A DNA stretch of 64,000 nt from an uncultured bacterium. GTDB lineage: Bacteria; Acidobacteriota; Thermoanaerobaculia; Multivoradales; JAHZIX01. The stretch's first letter is position 1. Each line of letters begins with the position of its first letter. Shown here in pieces: positions 53,802-62,461 of this stretch. Below the pieces are notes generated by a model. It did no database searches. It saw only the letters and a program-made list of their open reading frames with translations, and was not told the origin of the DNA. The position numbers and the translations under genes are program-made. The stretch spans positions 83,540 to 147,539 of the forward strand of contig CBDUPA010000012.1 in assembly GCA_965368975.1 (NCBI GenBank). The letters run 5' to 3'.

Positions 53802-55967
53802 TCAAACCCGCGACGCCACCCACTCGCTGATCCTCCCGTGCGCAGTCACCAGCGCCGACTTGCGGGCACGCGTCAGCGCGACGTAGAGGAGGGCGCGTTC
53901 CATGAGTTCGGTTTCGCGCTGGATGGCTCGGTCTTTGGAGTAGCGCACGCGGGTGCGCCAGGGCATGTTGTCGTCGCTCAGGCCGGCGACGATCATGTGG
54001 TCGTACTCTAGGCCTTTGACGCGGTGCATGGTGGCGACGCGTAGGCCGGGTTTGTCGGCGTCGTCGCTGGTGTCGCGGCCCAGACGCAGGGTGGGGACGC
54101 CTCGGTCTTCTAGGGCTTCGGCGTAGCGGTCGGCGAGGGCGTTGGTGCGGGCGACGAGGCAGGCGTGGGTGGTCTCGCGGTCGGTGAGCCATTGGGCGAT
54201 GGCTTCGACTTCGTCGTCGAAGGTGGGTAGTTCGAGGGTTTGGGGGACCGCGCCGTGGGTGAGGGAGCGGTAGCCTTGACGCGAGTCGGCGGTGCCGTCG
54301 AGGTCGTCGAATTCTTGGTTCTCGAGCACGGCGACGGCGTAGCGGCGGATTTCGTCGGTGGTGCGGTAGTTGATGCGCAGGCGGCGGCCGCGACCGCGGA
54401 TGTTGACGCCAGCGTGGGAGAGCACGACGCGCTTACGGTAGATGCGCTGGTGGCCATCGCCGACCAGGAAGAGGTCGTCCGGCTTTTCGGGGACGGCGGC
54501 GCGCAGCAGGCGGAAGGCGTTGGTGCTCATGTCTTGCGCTTCGTCGACGACGATGGAGCGTAGCGCCAGCTGTACGCGGCCGGCTTCGAGCAGCACGCAG
54601 GCGTCGAGCAGGGCGTCTTCGGGTTCGCGCAGGCCGTGCTTGTCGAGCTGGTGGCGGTATTCTTCGAATACCGGCCAGATCGCCTTGCGCTGGGCGCGAC
54701 TGAGGCGCTCACCGCGACCGGCGCGGCTGGCTCGCTTGTAGTCTTTCCAGCTCTGGCAGCCTTGCGCCTGCACCACGGCTTCCCACTCGTCGCGGTAGAA
54801 GGACTCGGAGACTTCGAGGTGGGTTGCGGGATCGGATGCGCTGCTGGGCGCCAGCGTGAGGGCGGAGTCCCAGGAGTCCTTCAGCGGGCCACGGCTCGGA
54901 TCCCAGTACTTGATCCGGTATTCGTAGCCGGCGCGCAGCAGCAGGTCACGCACCCATTTGTCGATGTTGACGACATCGATGCGTCGCAGCGCTTCGGGTG
55001 GGCACAGGCGCGCCAGGTTGGCGCGGATGTCGTTGGCCAGGTTCTTGGTGAAGGTGGTGAAGAGGATGCGATCGCCGGGGGCGACGAAGACGTTCTGCGC
55101 CAGGTAGGCGGCGCGATGCATGGCGACGACGGTCTTGCCGGTACCGGCGCCGCCGAGCACGCGCACGGGACCGTTCCAGCTACGCTCGACCAGTTTGCGC
55201 TGGCTCGGGTGCAGGAAGGTGCGCCACTTTTCGAGCGGCGCGTCGAGCATCGCCTGCAGGCTGGCGTCGTCCTCGACGACCACGAAACGCCGCTTGGTGG
55301 CGTCGCGTTCGAGGGCGCGGTCGATGTCCGAGGTGTCGATGTCGGGCTCGGCGGACACCGCCATGGCCTGTTCGACTTCTTCCAGCGACTCGCCCTCGCT
55401 GAGCCAGTAGAGGGCTTCGAAAGCCTCGGGCGGCAGCTGCGCGGAAAGGGCCTCCAGTTCGTGGGCCCTGCGCAGCGCGCGCACCTCGTCGAGCTGGGGC
55501 TCGGGGACGCCGAGGCGCAGGAGTTCGCGGTCGCGGATGGCGTCGAAGAGGCGCGTTTCGACGGTGCCGGCACTTGCTGCCGGCGTCTCTGCCCCGTCCC
55601 GGGGCGACGCCGTCGCTTGGCGGCTGAAGACCTGCAGGGCGCCGGTTTCCGGGTGCACCGAGACGCTCTTGTGCTCGGCCCAGCGCATGGCTTTGTCGTG
55701 GTGGTCGATCCACAACAGCAGGTAGGTGTTGCCCTTCTCGGGCTGACGTACGATGGCTCGGTACTCCAGGTCGATGCGCACGGTGCGTAGACGCGGATCG
55801 GAGAAGGTGCTGATGGGCTCGTAGTTGATGCTGGACTGCGTGGGGTCCTGACGGAATTTGCGCAGGAACTTGCTCACCTTCTTCTGCTGTGCGCGCGGGA
55901 TGAGCGCGAAGGCATCGAAGAATTCCTCGTAGATCGCGACTTTGAAGGTTTGCTCGTAGGCCATCAC
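53802..55967 (-). CDS. UvrD/Rep-like superfamily-1 helicase with a novel ~250-aa N-terminal domain.
   Basis: Walker A GGAGTGKT. DExx VVDEAQD. VGDGHQRIY (UvrD motif III-like). TMHRVKGLEYDHMIV (motif VI-like). 4-bp overlap with the upstream giant helicase gene. Confidence 0.8.
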   Translation of the reverse strand: MMAYEQTFKVAIYEEFFDAFALIPRAQQKKVSKFLRKFRQDPTQSSINYEPISTFSDPRLRTVRIDLEYRAIVRQPEKGNTYLLLWIDHHDKAMRWAEHKSVSVHPETGALQVFSRQATASPRDGAETPAASAGTVETRLFDAIRDRELLRLGVPEPQLDEVRALRRAHELEALSAQLPPEAFEALYWLSEGESLEEVEQAMAVSAEPDIDTSDIDRALERDATKRRFVVVEDDASLQAMLDAPLEKWRTFLHPSQRKLVERSWNGPVRVLGGAGTGKTVVAMHRAAYLAQNVFVAPGDRILFTTFTKNLANDIRANLARLCPPEALRRIDVVNIDKWVRDLLLRAGYEYRIKYWDPSRGPLKDSWDSALTLAPSSASDPATHLEVSESFYRDEWEAVVQAQGCQSWKDYKRASRAGRGERLSRAQRKAIWPVFEEYRHQLDKHGLREPEDALLDACVLLEAGRVQLALRSIVVDEAQDMSTNAFRLLRAAVPEKPDDLFLVGDGHQRIYRKRVVLSHAGVNIRGRGRRLRINYRTTDEIRRYAVAVLENQEFDDLDGTADSRQGYRSLTHGAVPQTLELPTFDDEVEAIAQWLTDRETTHACLVARTNALADRYAEALEDRGVPTLRLGRDTSDDADKPGLRVATMHRVKGLEYDHMIVAGLSDDNMPWRTRVRYSKDRAIQRETELMERALLYVALTRARKSALVTAHGRISEWVASRV

Positions 55968-58900
55968 TCAGTCTCCTCTGCTAGCGCCTCTGCTAGTACC
56001 TCGGCCAGCGGCGAGACGTCGACCGTCCCGTCGGGCTCGAGCGCCAGGTCTTCCAGGTAGAAAAGTCTCCAGTCCGCCGCCGGCTCGCCGACGGCCCAGG
56101 CGCTGTCGGCGTACGAGGTGAGCGCGACGCGCGCGGTGTGCCACACCAGTTCGGCCTCGCTCCACACGGTATCGCGCTGGTTCGGTATGTCGTCACCGAC
56201 CACCGGCTCCACGATGCCCGCGGCGATCATGGCCTCGGCGGCGCCTCGGTAGGCGTCCTCGATCTCGTCGAGCTGTGTCCAGATTGCATCCTCGCCTTCC
56301 GGGCCGTGCTCGGCGAGGCTGCGCAGCTGAGCGATGCCGCTGTAGTCGCCGACGTCCGATGTGGTGACGAAGACGATGTCGTCGATCGCGCGCAGCCACT
56401 GGAAGAGACGCAGGAAGCCACGCCACGCCCGGTGCATCTGCGGCAGTTCGCGCCGATCTTCGCGGTCGTCGAGTTCGCGGTCGTCGAGGCGGGCGAGCAC
56501 GGTCACTCGCTGACCATCGTGGGCGGCCATCCACTCGATCTGCCGCGGCTCGCCCCAGGTGCCGCTGGCGAGGGCGCGGGGCCTCGTCGCGGCGAGCTGG
56601 TCGCGTAGGGCTTCCGGTGCCGCTTGCCGCGCGAACTCGGTCCAGGCGCGTTGCTGACTCGGCAGCGTGGCTTCGAGTCGAGGTACCAGCGCCGCCGCCG
56701 CCAGGTCGCGCCACGGCAAGCCGTTGGCATCTTGGAGGTCCTGCAAGAGCCAGCGGAAGGTCGACTGTTGCGGCAGGTCGGTGAACTGGGTGAGGCCCAG
56801 CTGCTGGAGAGCCTTCTTGAAGTCACCCAGGTCGAGCGCCGCCAGTTCGGGCGCGGGCTCGACCTCGGTGGATCTCGTCAGCTCGGCTTCCAGATCGTCC
56901 CAGGTGAAGGTCCACACGTCCCAGCCCGCGGCCAGCAGTGCCTGGCGCTGGCGCAGGTCCTGCCCCAAGCGATCTTGGTGGAACTGCCAGCCGTCGAGGA
57001 AGATGGCCAGACGACGATCGGTGGCGGCGCTGGCCGGTCGCAGCACGAAGTCGATCGAGACGCCGATGCCGCCGGTCTCGGCCCTCGGCGGTTCGACCTG
57101 CGGCTCGATACGCCATTGGGCGTCGCCCAGCGTCCACAGCCAAGCATCTTTGATGCCGATCGGGATCCGCTTCAGCTGGGCTGGGTGCTGTTCGTTGCCG
57201 GCGCGTAGTAGGGCTTCGAGGAAGCGGGCTTCGAGGGCACTGTCGAGCAGGCCGGAGTGGCTGATGTCGCCCAGGCGTTCGATTTCCTGCACGCTGTCGG
57301 CGCGCGCCAGGATGCGGCGCAGGATCTCGGAGGCCGTGCGCGCCGAGGTGTCGCGCATCTCGCGACTGTTGCGGTAGCCGAAGAGGCAGCGATAGCAGCC
57401 TTCCACCAGCTTGCCGGCTCGGTTCGTGGTGCCCCAGCAGGCGCAGCCCTCGATCCGTTGCAGGCTCGCCTCGAGAGCTCGGAACAGGGGTATCGTGGCA
57501 TCGGCATCGGGCGTGACCAGCTGTTTCAGAAAGCCGGTGCCGCCGGGCACGGAGTCGAAGAGCACCAGGTACTGGCGGCGCAGCGTGCTGTCGGGAGTCG
57601 GTTCGGAGTAGACGGTGGTGCGCAGGTGGTCGACGCTGCCGGCGAAGTAGCTCTCCAGCCCCAGCTGCAGGGCGGCGGTGAACGAGTTGAGCTGGCGCGT
57701 GCCGGCGAAGTCGGTGATCGGCAGCAGCAGGCGCAGGGCCTCGGACTCGAGCTGGCGGTAGAGATAGACGCAGGACTCGATCTGCTCGTCCGTGTCCTTG
57801 CGTCGCGACGGGCAGGACAGCAGGTGGTCGGTCTTCTCACCCTTGCGCGTCGCCTGCACCTTGCCGCAGCGTGCGCACAGCTCGAAACCCTGGCGCACCA
57901 TGGCTCGGCCGGCGATGGTGTTGCGCGCGCCCAGGTCGGAGGGTTCGCCGAAGTTGATGTCGCGAAAGGTCACCCGTGCGCAGTACTCGAAGCCGAAGGG
58001 GTGACGGTCGTCGTCCAGCCGCCAGGCGCGCGAGGAACTGCGAGTGTCGAAGGTGGGCAGGATGTCGCGCTCGAAGAAGCGCGGCTGGCGTTCGTCGCGA
58101 TCGTCGCGAATCCGGGAGTTGCGGTCGGATTCTCTGGCGAATACTTGCTCCAGCTTCAGCAGGCGCTGGGTCTGGCCGCTGTCGCGCCAGTCGGCGGCGC
58201 CGCAAACCGGGCAGGCCGTGTGCGCATCGCCGGTGTCGATCGACTCGGCGTGGCTGCACTCGGGGCAGAAGCGCCAGGTCTCGAGCTTGGAGGACGAGAG
58301 ATCGACGGCGTCGATGCCCACGCGTCGTCCCGAAGCGTAGAACTCGGCGCCAGGCGCCAGCTCGGCCAGGGCGCTCGACGGCGAGCGCTTGTACTCGTAG
58401 GTCCAGGTTTCGTAAGGACTCCCCTGGGCTGGAGGGTGCTTCTTGCGCCGCCAGATCACCGAGCGCAGTCGCACCGCCGACTCCGGGAAGGCGTAGTTGG
58501 GCAGCAGGCCCTGGTCGGTGAGGAATTCGAGCGTCGAGCGCTGGTTGATCGCCTTGATCAGGCCGATCAGGGCCTCTTTCTCGGCTTCGCGCTCGTCGAT
58601 CTGCTCCTGGTGGTCCTTGTCGCGGGCCTCGGTGGCGCGTAGCACTTTGAGTTGCTTGCGCAGGGTCTCTACGTTGGCGCGGTGTGCTTCGCGCTGCTTG
58701 CGTTCCTTGTGCAGGGTGTCGAGCAGGCGGCTTTCGAGGGTCGCCTCGATGTGGTGCAGGGCATCTCGAGCTTGCGCCTTCTCGGGCTGCTCGCTGTCGA
58801 GTTCAGCTTTGGCCTCCGCGCCGAGCAGGAAGCGCTCCAGGTGGGCGGCGGTGGGCGGTCCGATCTCGTCCTCGAACATCTCGAGGAATTCTCGCAGCAG

Positions 58901-61900
58901 GCGCGGACGCTCCTGCTTCACGAAGGCGAGCAGGTTGCTCGGGAACCGCTCGACGTCCGGCTGGTTGCCTTGGTTGAGCACGCTGCGCAGCTGCGGCGGT
59001 AACTCGGCACGGTCACCCTCGACGCCGACCCAGCGATCGATGCAGAAGGCGGTGAGCTGGCGTTCGAGCACGGCTCCGGTGTCGAGAAAGACACCGGGCG
59101 GCGGCACGTCACCGGCGATCATCTCGTGCGGCTGGGCGAAGAAGTAGAGGTCGTGCGGCTTCGCCGCGGCGACGGTGAGCACGAAGGCGTTGCCATCGCG
59201 CCGGCCGGCGCGGCCGATGCGCTGCAGGTAGCTGGCCTGGCCGGGTGGTACCGAGCACAGGATGGCGCTCGACAGGTCGCCGATGTCGATGCCCATCTCC
59301 AGCGTCGGCGTGCAAGAGAGCAGGTTCGGGTACCACGGCCGCCGCGCCTCGGGATCGTCCAGCTCCGGCGACGGTTCGAATGCTTTGAACTCGATCTCGA
59401 TGCGCTCGCGCTCGGCGCGCTCCAGCAGGCCGGTATGCTCCTGGGCAAAGATGCGCTGCAGGTGACCGCTGCGGTAGAGATGGCCGAAGTAGTCGTGTGC
59501 CGGCGCGGCGTCCGGACGGTAGACGCCGGCACAGCCCGTGCGCAGGCAGGGTACGCCGTGCCAGCGTTCGGCCAGCGCGCGGCTGGCGTGGGTGCGGTGA
59601 CCGCAGACGTGGCAAGCCAAGGCTGCACTGTGCGGGCTGATGACCAGCGCTTCTTCGCGCAGACCCCAGATCTGCTCACCCTTGGATGCACTGCGCTCGT
59701 CGAGCAGGCCGACTCGCACCAGCGCGCTCAGCACCACCGGGTACAGCGAGCCGGCGTCGGCGACCAGGCCGGGGCCACCCAGGAAGCAGGCATCGGCCCA
59801 GCGTGCATACCAGGATTCCCCGCCCCGTCCGGTGCGGCTCCAGGTGTCGAAGCGACGGCCGGTGCGGTCGGTCAGGAAGCTGGGCAGGCGCGAGCTGCTC
59901 TTGTAGCCGGGCAACGCCGGTTGCCGGGAGAAGGCATGGACATCCTTGCCGCAGCTCTCGATATAGGCGCCCGGCAGGCTGCGTGCCAGGATGCCGCCGC
60001 GCAGGCGCAGGTGTTGTAGCAGTCCGAGCACGAACGCCTCGACGCGCCGCGCTTCGACCTGGCGCAGGCCGGGCACCTCGTTGCGCACCACCTCCACCAA
60101 GGCCGCCACCGCGGTCTCTACATCGCCCGGCCGCAGGTCGGCGACGGCGCAGCCGGTGCGGGTCAGTGAGCGGCCGATCTCCGCCTGCAGCGAGAACTCG
60201 GTCAGCACCTCGAAGGCCAGGCGCTGGTCGATGAGGTCCGGCAGGTCGGAGGCGCGCGGTAGCTCGCCGTCGCGACGCAAGGCGTCCCAATCGTGCAGCC
60301 AGGCCATGTTGGGCGCCAGGAAGGTGGCGACGAAGGTCGCCTCGTCGTGCGCCTGCCGAGCCCACGGGCCGAGCCCGTCGGCCAGCTCGCGCAGCGTGGT
60401 TTCGCCCAGGGGCTCGAGCGCTTGCAGCATCGCGATGCGCAGGTTGGTACGCCAGGTGCGAGCGGCAAAGAAGCCGGCCCGGTGCGCCGCGTCTTGCACG
60501 CTGTCGGAGAAGGTGAGCAGCTTCTTGTCGTCGTTGAAGCGCGAGGCGAAGAGCTGGTCGATGTGCACGCTGGTCAGCGTGGCGGCGCGGAAGCCGACGA
60601 TGGCCAGGCTCTCGCGTGCGCGGCAGAAGGGGCAGTCGCGCACCAGGGCTTGCCGGCTGGCGGTGGACTGAGCTTCGAAGATTTCGATCACCCGCAGCGT
60701 CTCGTCGGCGTGCTCCGCGTCGACCTTGATCAGGTTCTTCACGTCGAGCTCGAAGGCGCTGTGCTGGAGCCGGTCGTCGGCGGGCCAGGCGTTGGCGGGG
60801 AACAGGAAGCGTACGCGGCTGCTGCGCCCGAAGTAGGCGTCGTAGAAGCGCCGCGGCAGGCAGCGATAGAGGTACGGCCGATCGCGTTCCACCACAGTGC
60901 CCCAGCCCAGGGCGCCGCATTCGCGGCAGTGGATCATCGGCAGGTGGCGGTCTTGCTCCTCCTCGTCGAGGTCGTCGGAGTGCCGCAGGTGCGGCTGCGG
61001 TCCAACGTTGGCGACCAGGCGTCGCAGCTCGCGTTGCCACAGCTGCACGCGCACCTCCAGCAGCGGCGCCGCCGGTCTCGGTCGCCCCTCGGCGCGCCGC
61101 CGCTCGGCCACTTCGGGCAACTCGTGACGCCAGGCGCGAGCCTCGGAGACCAGGCCCAGCAGGCTGAGCACGGCGAGGCGGGCGAACTGGGCGTCCCGGT
61201 GCCAAGCGTCGCGCCTGCGCCGCATCTCGTGCACGGCGTCGTCCAGCGTCGTGGCCTGGCCATCGAGGGCGCGCAGCAGGTCGTGGAAGGCGGCATGGTG
61301 GCGCAACTGCCGCCCCAACTCGACGCTGCGCTCGAACGATTCAGGCCCAGTGAGTTCGCCCTCACCGTCGGCGCCGATCGTCGCCGCTACGTCTGCCGGG
61401 AACCACAGGGCGAGCTGCGCCGCCAGCCAGGCGTGCGGGTCCGGGGCCTGCGCCGCGTCGAGTCGCTCCAGGTCTTCAGCGTCCGGTTCCTCGGTGTAGC
61501 GGATCTCGCAGCCGTGCAAGAACTGCTCCACACTCTGCCGCGTCTCGCCGATGATGGCGTCGGCGTCGAAGGGTTCGCCGAAGACCTTACGCGCATAGTC
61601 CCGCAGCTGTTCTCGCGCCGCCTCGCCGCCCAGCGTGGCGCTGGTGCCGATGCAGGCCAGCGAGCCGTCGTCCACGTCGAGACGCCGCTTGAGGCGTCGC
61701 AGCAGGCAGGCCAGGTCGGTGCCCTGGGCGCCGTCGAAGGTGTGGATCTCGTCGACCACCAGGAAGCGCAGCGTGCCCTTCACGTTGTGCTGCCAGATGC
61801 GCTGATCGCGTGGACGCAGCAGCAGGTAGTCGAGCATCTTGTAGTTGGTGAGCAGGATGTCCGGCGGCGCTTCTTGCAGGGTGGCGCGATCGGTGATCAC

Positions 61901-62461
61901 GTGGTCCGCCCCCATGCGCGTCTCGCCGTGTGCCGACCCACGACGCTTGCCCTTGCCACCGCTACCCCCGTCCCCCACGTAGAGCCCCGCCGTCACGCGG
62001 CCGCGCAGCTTGTGGTTGTCATAGATCCGCCGCGCGATGCGCGCCGCCTGGTCGCTGGCCAGCGCGTTCATGGGGTAGATCAAGATCGCCTTGACGCCCG
62101 GCTCGTGCGCCGTCTGCAGGCAGTGGTCGAGAATCGGAAGCAGGAAGCTCTCGGTCTTGCCGGAGCCGGTGCCGGTGGCCAGCAGGGTGCTCTGCTTGCG
62201 TCGACCGCCGAGGCGGGCGAACACTTGTTCCTGGTGGTGATGGGGAGGAAACCCGAGCGGTACGTCGGGGAAGACGTCTGGGGTCTCGCCGCTCAGGAAG
62301 GGCATCTTGACGGAGAGGTAGGGCCCCTTGAACAGCATGCCGTCGTCCGCGAGCAGGTGTTCGACGACGTTCTCCATGCCCGGCGTGGAGGACCAGAAGG
62401 AGAAGCGCAGGAAGTCTTGCAAGCCCTGTTCGAGCTGGCGGTGGATGGCGGAGGGGATCAA
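55964..62461 (-). CDS. Giant (2165 aa) DEAD/DEAH-box helicase with a DUF1998-like zinc-ribbon region and a C-terminal DUF559/Vsr-like endonuclease-fold domain. It is DruE-like, or alternatively a DrmA-DrmB-like fusion.
   Basis: N-terminal ...LLATGTGSGKTESFLLPIL... and DEIH (VVDEIHTF) resemble the YprA/DrmA-type helicase. ~1450-1800 aa: CPECSH...CPVCG zinc ribbon and LVLFDSVPGGTG, as in DUF1998. ~1850-1950 aa: IDFVLRP...LAIFLDGWQFH...GWDVWTFTWDDL, as in DUF559. Confidence 0.75.
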   Translation of the reverse strand: MIPSAIHRQLEQGLQDFLRFSFWSSTPGMENVVEHLLADDGMLFKGPYLSVKMPFLSGETPDVFPDVPLGFPPHHHQEQVFARLGGRRKQSTLLATGTGSGKTESFLLPILDHCLQTAHEPGVKAILIYPMNALASDQAARIARRIYDNHKLRGRVTAGLYVGDGGSGGKGKRRGSAHGETRMGADHVITDRATLQEAPPDILLTNYKMLDYLLLRPRDQRIWQHNVKGTLRFLVVDEIHTFDGAQGTDLACLLRRLKRRLDVDDGSLACIGTSATLGGEAAREQLRDYARKVFGEPFDADAIIGETRQSVEQFLHGCEIRYTEEPDAEDLERLDAAQAPDPHAWLAAQLALWFPADVAATIGADGEGELTGPESFERSVELGRQLRHHAAFHDLLRALDGQATTLDDAVHEMRRRRDAWHRDAQFARLAVLSLLGLVSEARAWRHELPEVAERRRAEGRPRPAAPLLEVRVQLWQRELRRLVANVGPQPHLRHSDDLDEEEQDRHLPMIHCRECGALGWGTVVERDRPYLYRCLPRRFYDAYFGRSSRVRFLFPANAWPADDRLQHSAFELDVKNLIKVDAEHADETLRVIEIFEAQSTASRQALVRDCPFCRARESLAIVGFRAATLTSVHIDQLFASRFNDDKKLLTFSDSVQDAAHRAGFFAARTWRTNLRIAMLQALEPLGETTLRELADGLGPWARQAHDEATFVATFLAPNMAWLHDWDALRRDGELPRASDLPDLIDQRLAFEVLTEFSLQAEIGRSLTRTGCAVADLRPGDVETAVAALVEVVRNEVPGLRQVEARRVEAFVLGLLQHLRLRGGILARSLPGAYIESCGKDVHAFSRQPALPGYKSSSRLPSFLTDRTGRRFDTWSRTGRGGESWYARWADACFLGGPGLVADAGSLYPVVLSALVRVGLLDERSASKGEQIWGLREEALVISPHSAALACHVCGHRTHASRALAERWHGVPCLRTGCAGVYRPDAAPAHDYFGHLYRSGHLQRIFAQEHTGLLERAERERIEIEFKAFEPSPELDDPEARRPWYPNLLSCTPTLEMGIDIGDLSSAILCSVPPGQASYLQRIGRAGRRDGNAFVLTVAAAKPHDLYFFAQPHEMIAGDVPPPGVFLDTGAVLERQLTAFCIDRWVGVEGDRAELPPQLRSVLNQGNQPDVERFPSNLLAFVKQERPRLLREFLEMFEDEIGPPTAAHLERFLLGAEAKAELDSEQPEKAQARDALHHIEATLESRLLDTLHKERKQREAHRANVETLRKQLKVLRATEARDKDHQEQIDEREAEKEALIGLIKAINQRSTLEFLTDQGLLPNYAFPESAVRLRSVIWRRKKHPPAQGSPYETWTYEYKRSPSSALAELAPGAEFYASGRRVGIDAVDLSSSKLETWRFCPECSHAESIDTGDAHTACPVCGAADWRDSGQTQRLLKLEQVFARESDRNSRIRDDRDERQPRFFERDILPTFDTRSSSRAWRLDDDRHPFGFEYCARVTFRDINFGEPSDLGARNTIAGRAMVRQGFELCARCGKVQATRKGEKTDHLLSCPSRRKDTDEQIESCVYLYRQLESEALRLLLPITDFAGTRQLNSFTAALQLGLESYFAGSVDHLRTTVYSEPTPDSTLRRQYLVLFDSVPGGTGFLKQLVTPDADATIPLFRALEASLQRIEGCACWGTTNRAGKLVEGCYRCLFGYRNSREMRDTSARTASEILRRILARADSVQEIERLGDISHSGLLDSALEARFLEALLRAGNEQHPAQLKRIPIGIKDAWLWTLGDAQWRIEPQVEPPRAETGGIGVSIDFVLRPASAATDRRLAIFLDGWQFHQDRLGQDLRQRQALLAAGWDVWTFTWDDLEAELTRSTEVEPAPELAALDLGDFKKALQQLGLTQFTDLPQQSTFRWLLQDLQDANGLPWRDLAAAALVPRLEATLPSQQRAWTEFARQAAPEALRDQLAATRPRALASGTWGEPRQIEWMAAHDGQRVTVLARLDDRELDDREDRRELPQMHRAWRGFLRLFQWLRAIDDIVFVTTSDVGDYSGIAQLRSLAEHGPEGEDAIWTQLDEIEDAYRGAAEAMIAAGIVEPVVGDDIPNQRDTVWSEAELVWHTARVALTSYADSAWAVGEPAADWRLFYLEDLALEPDGTVDVSPLAEVLAEALAEETE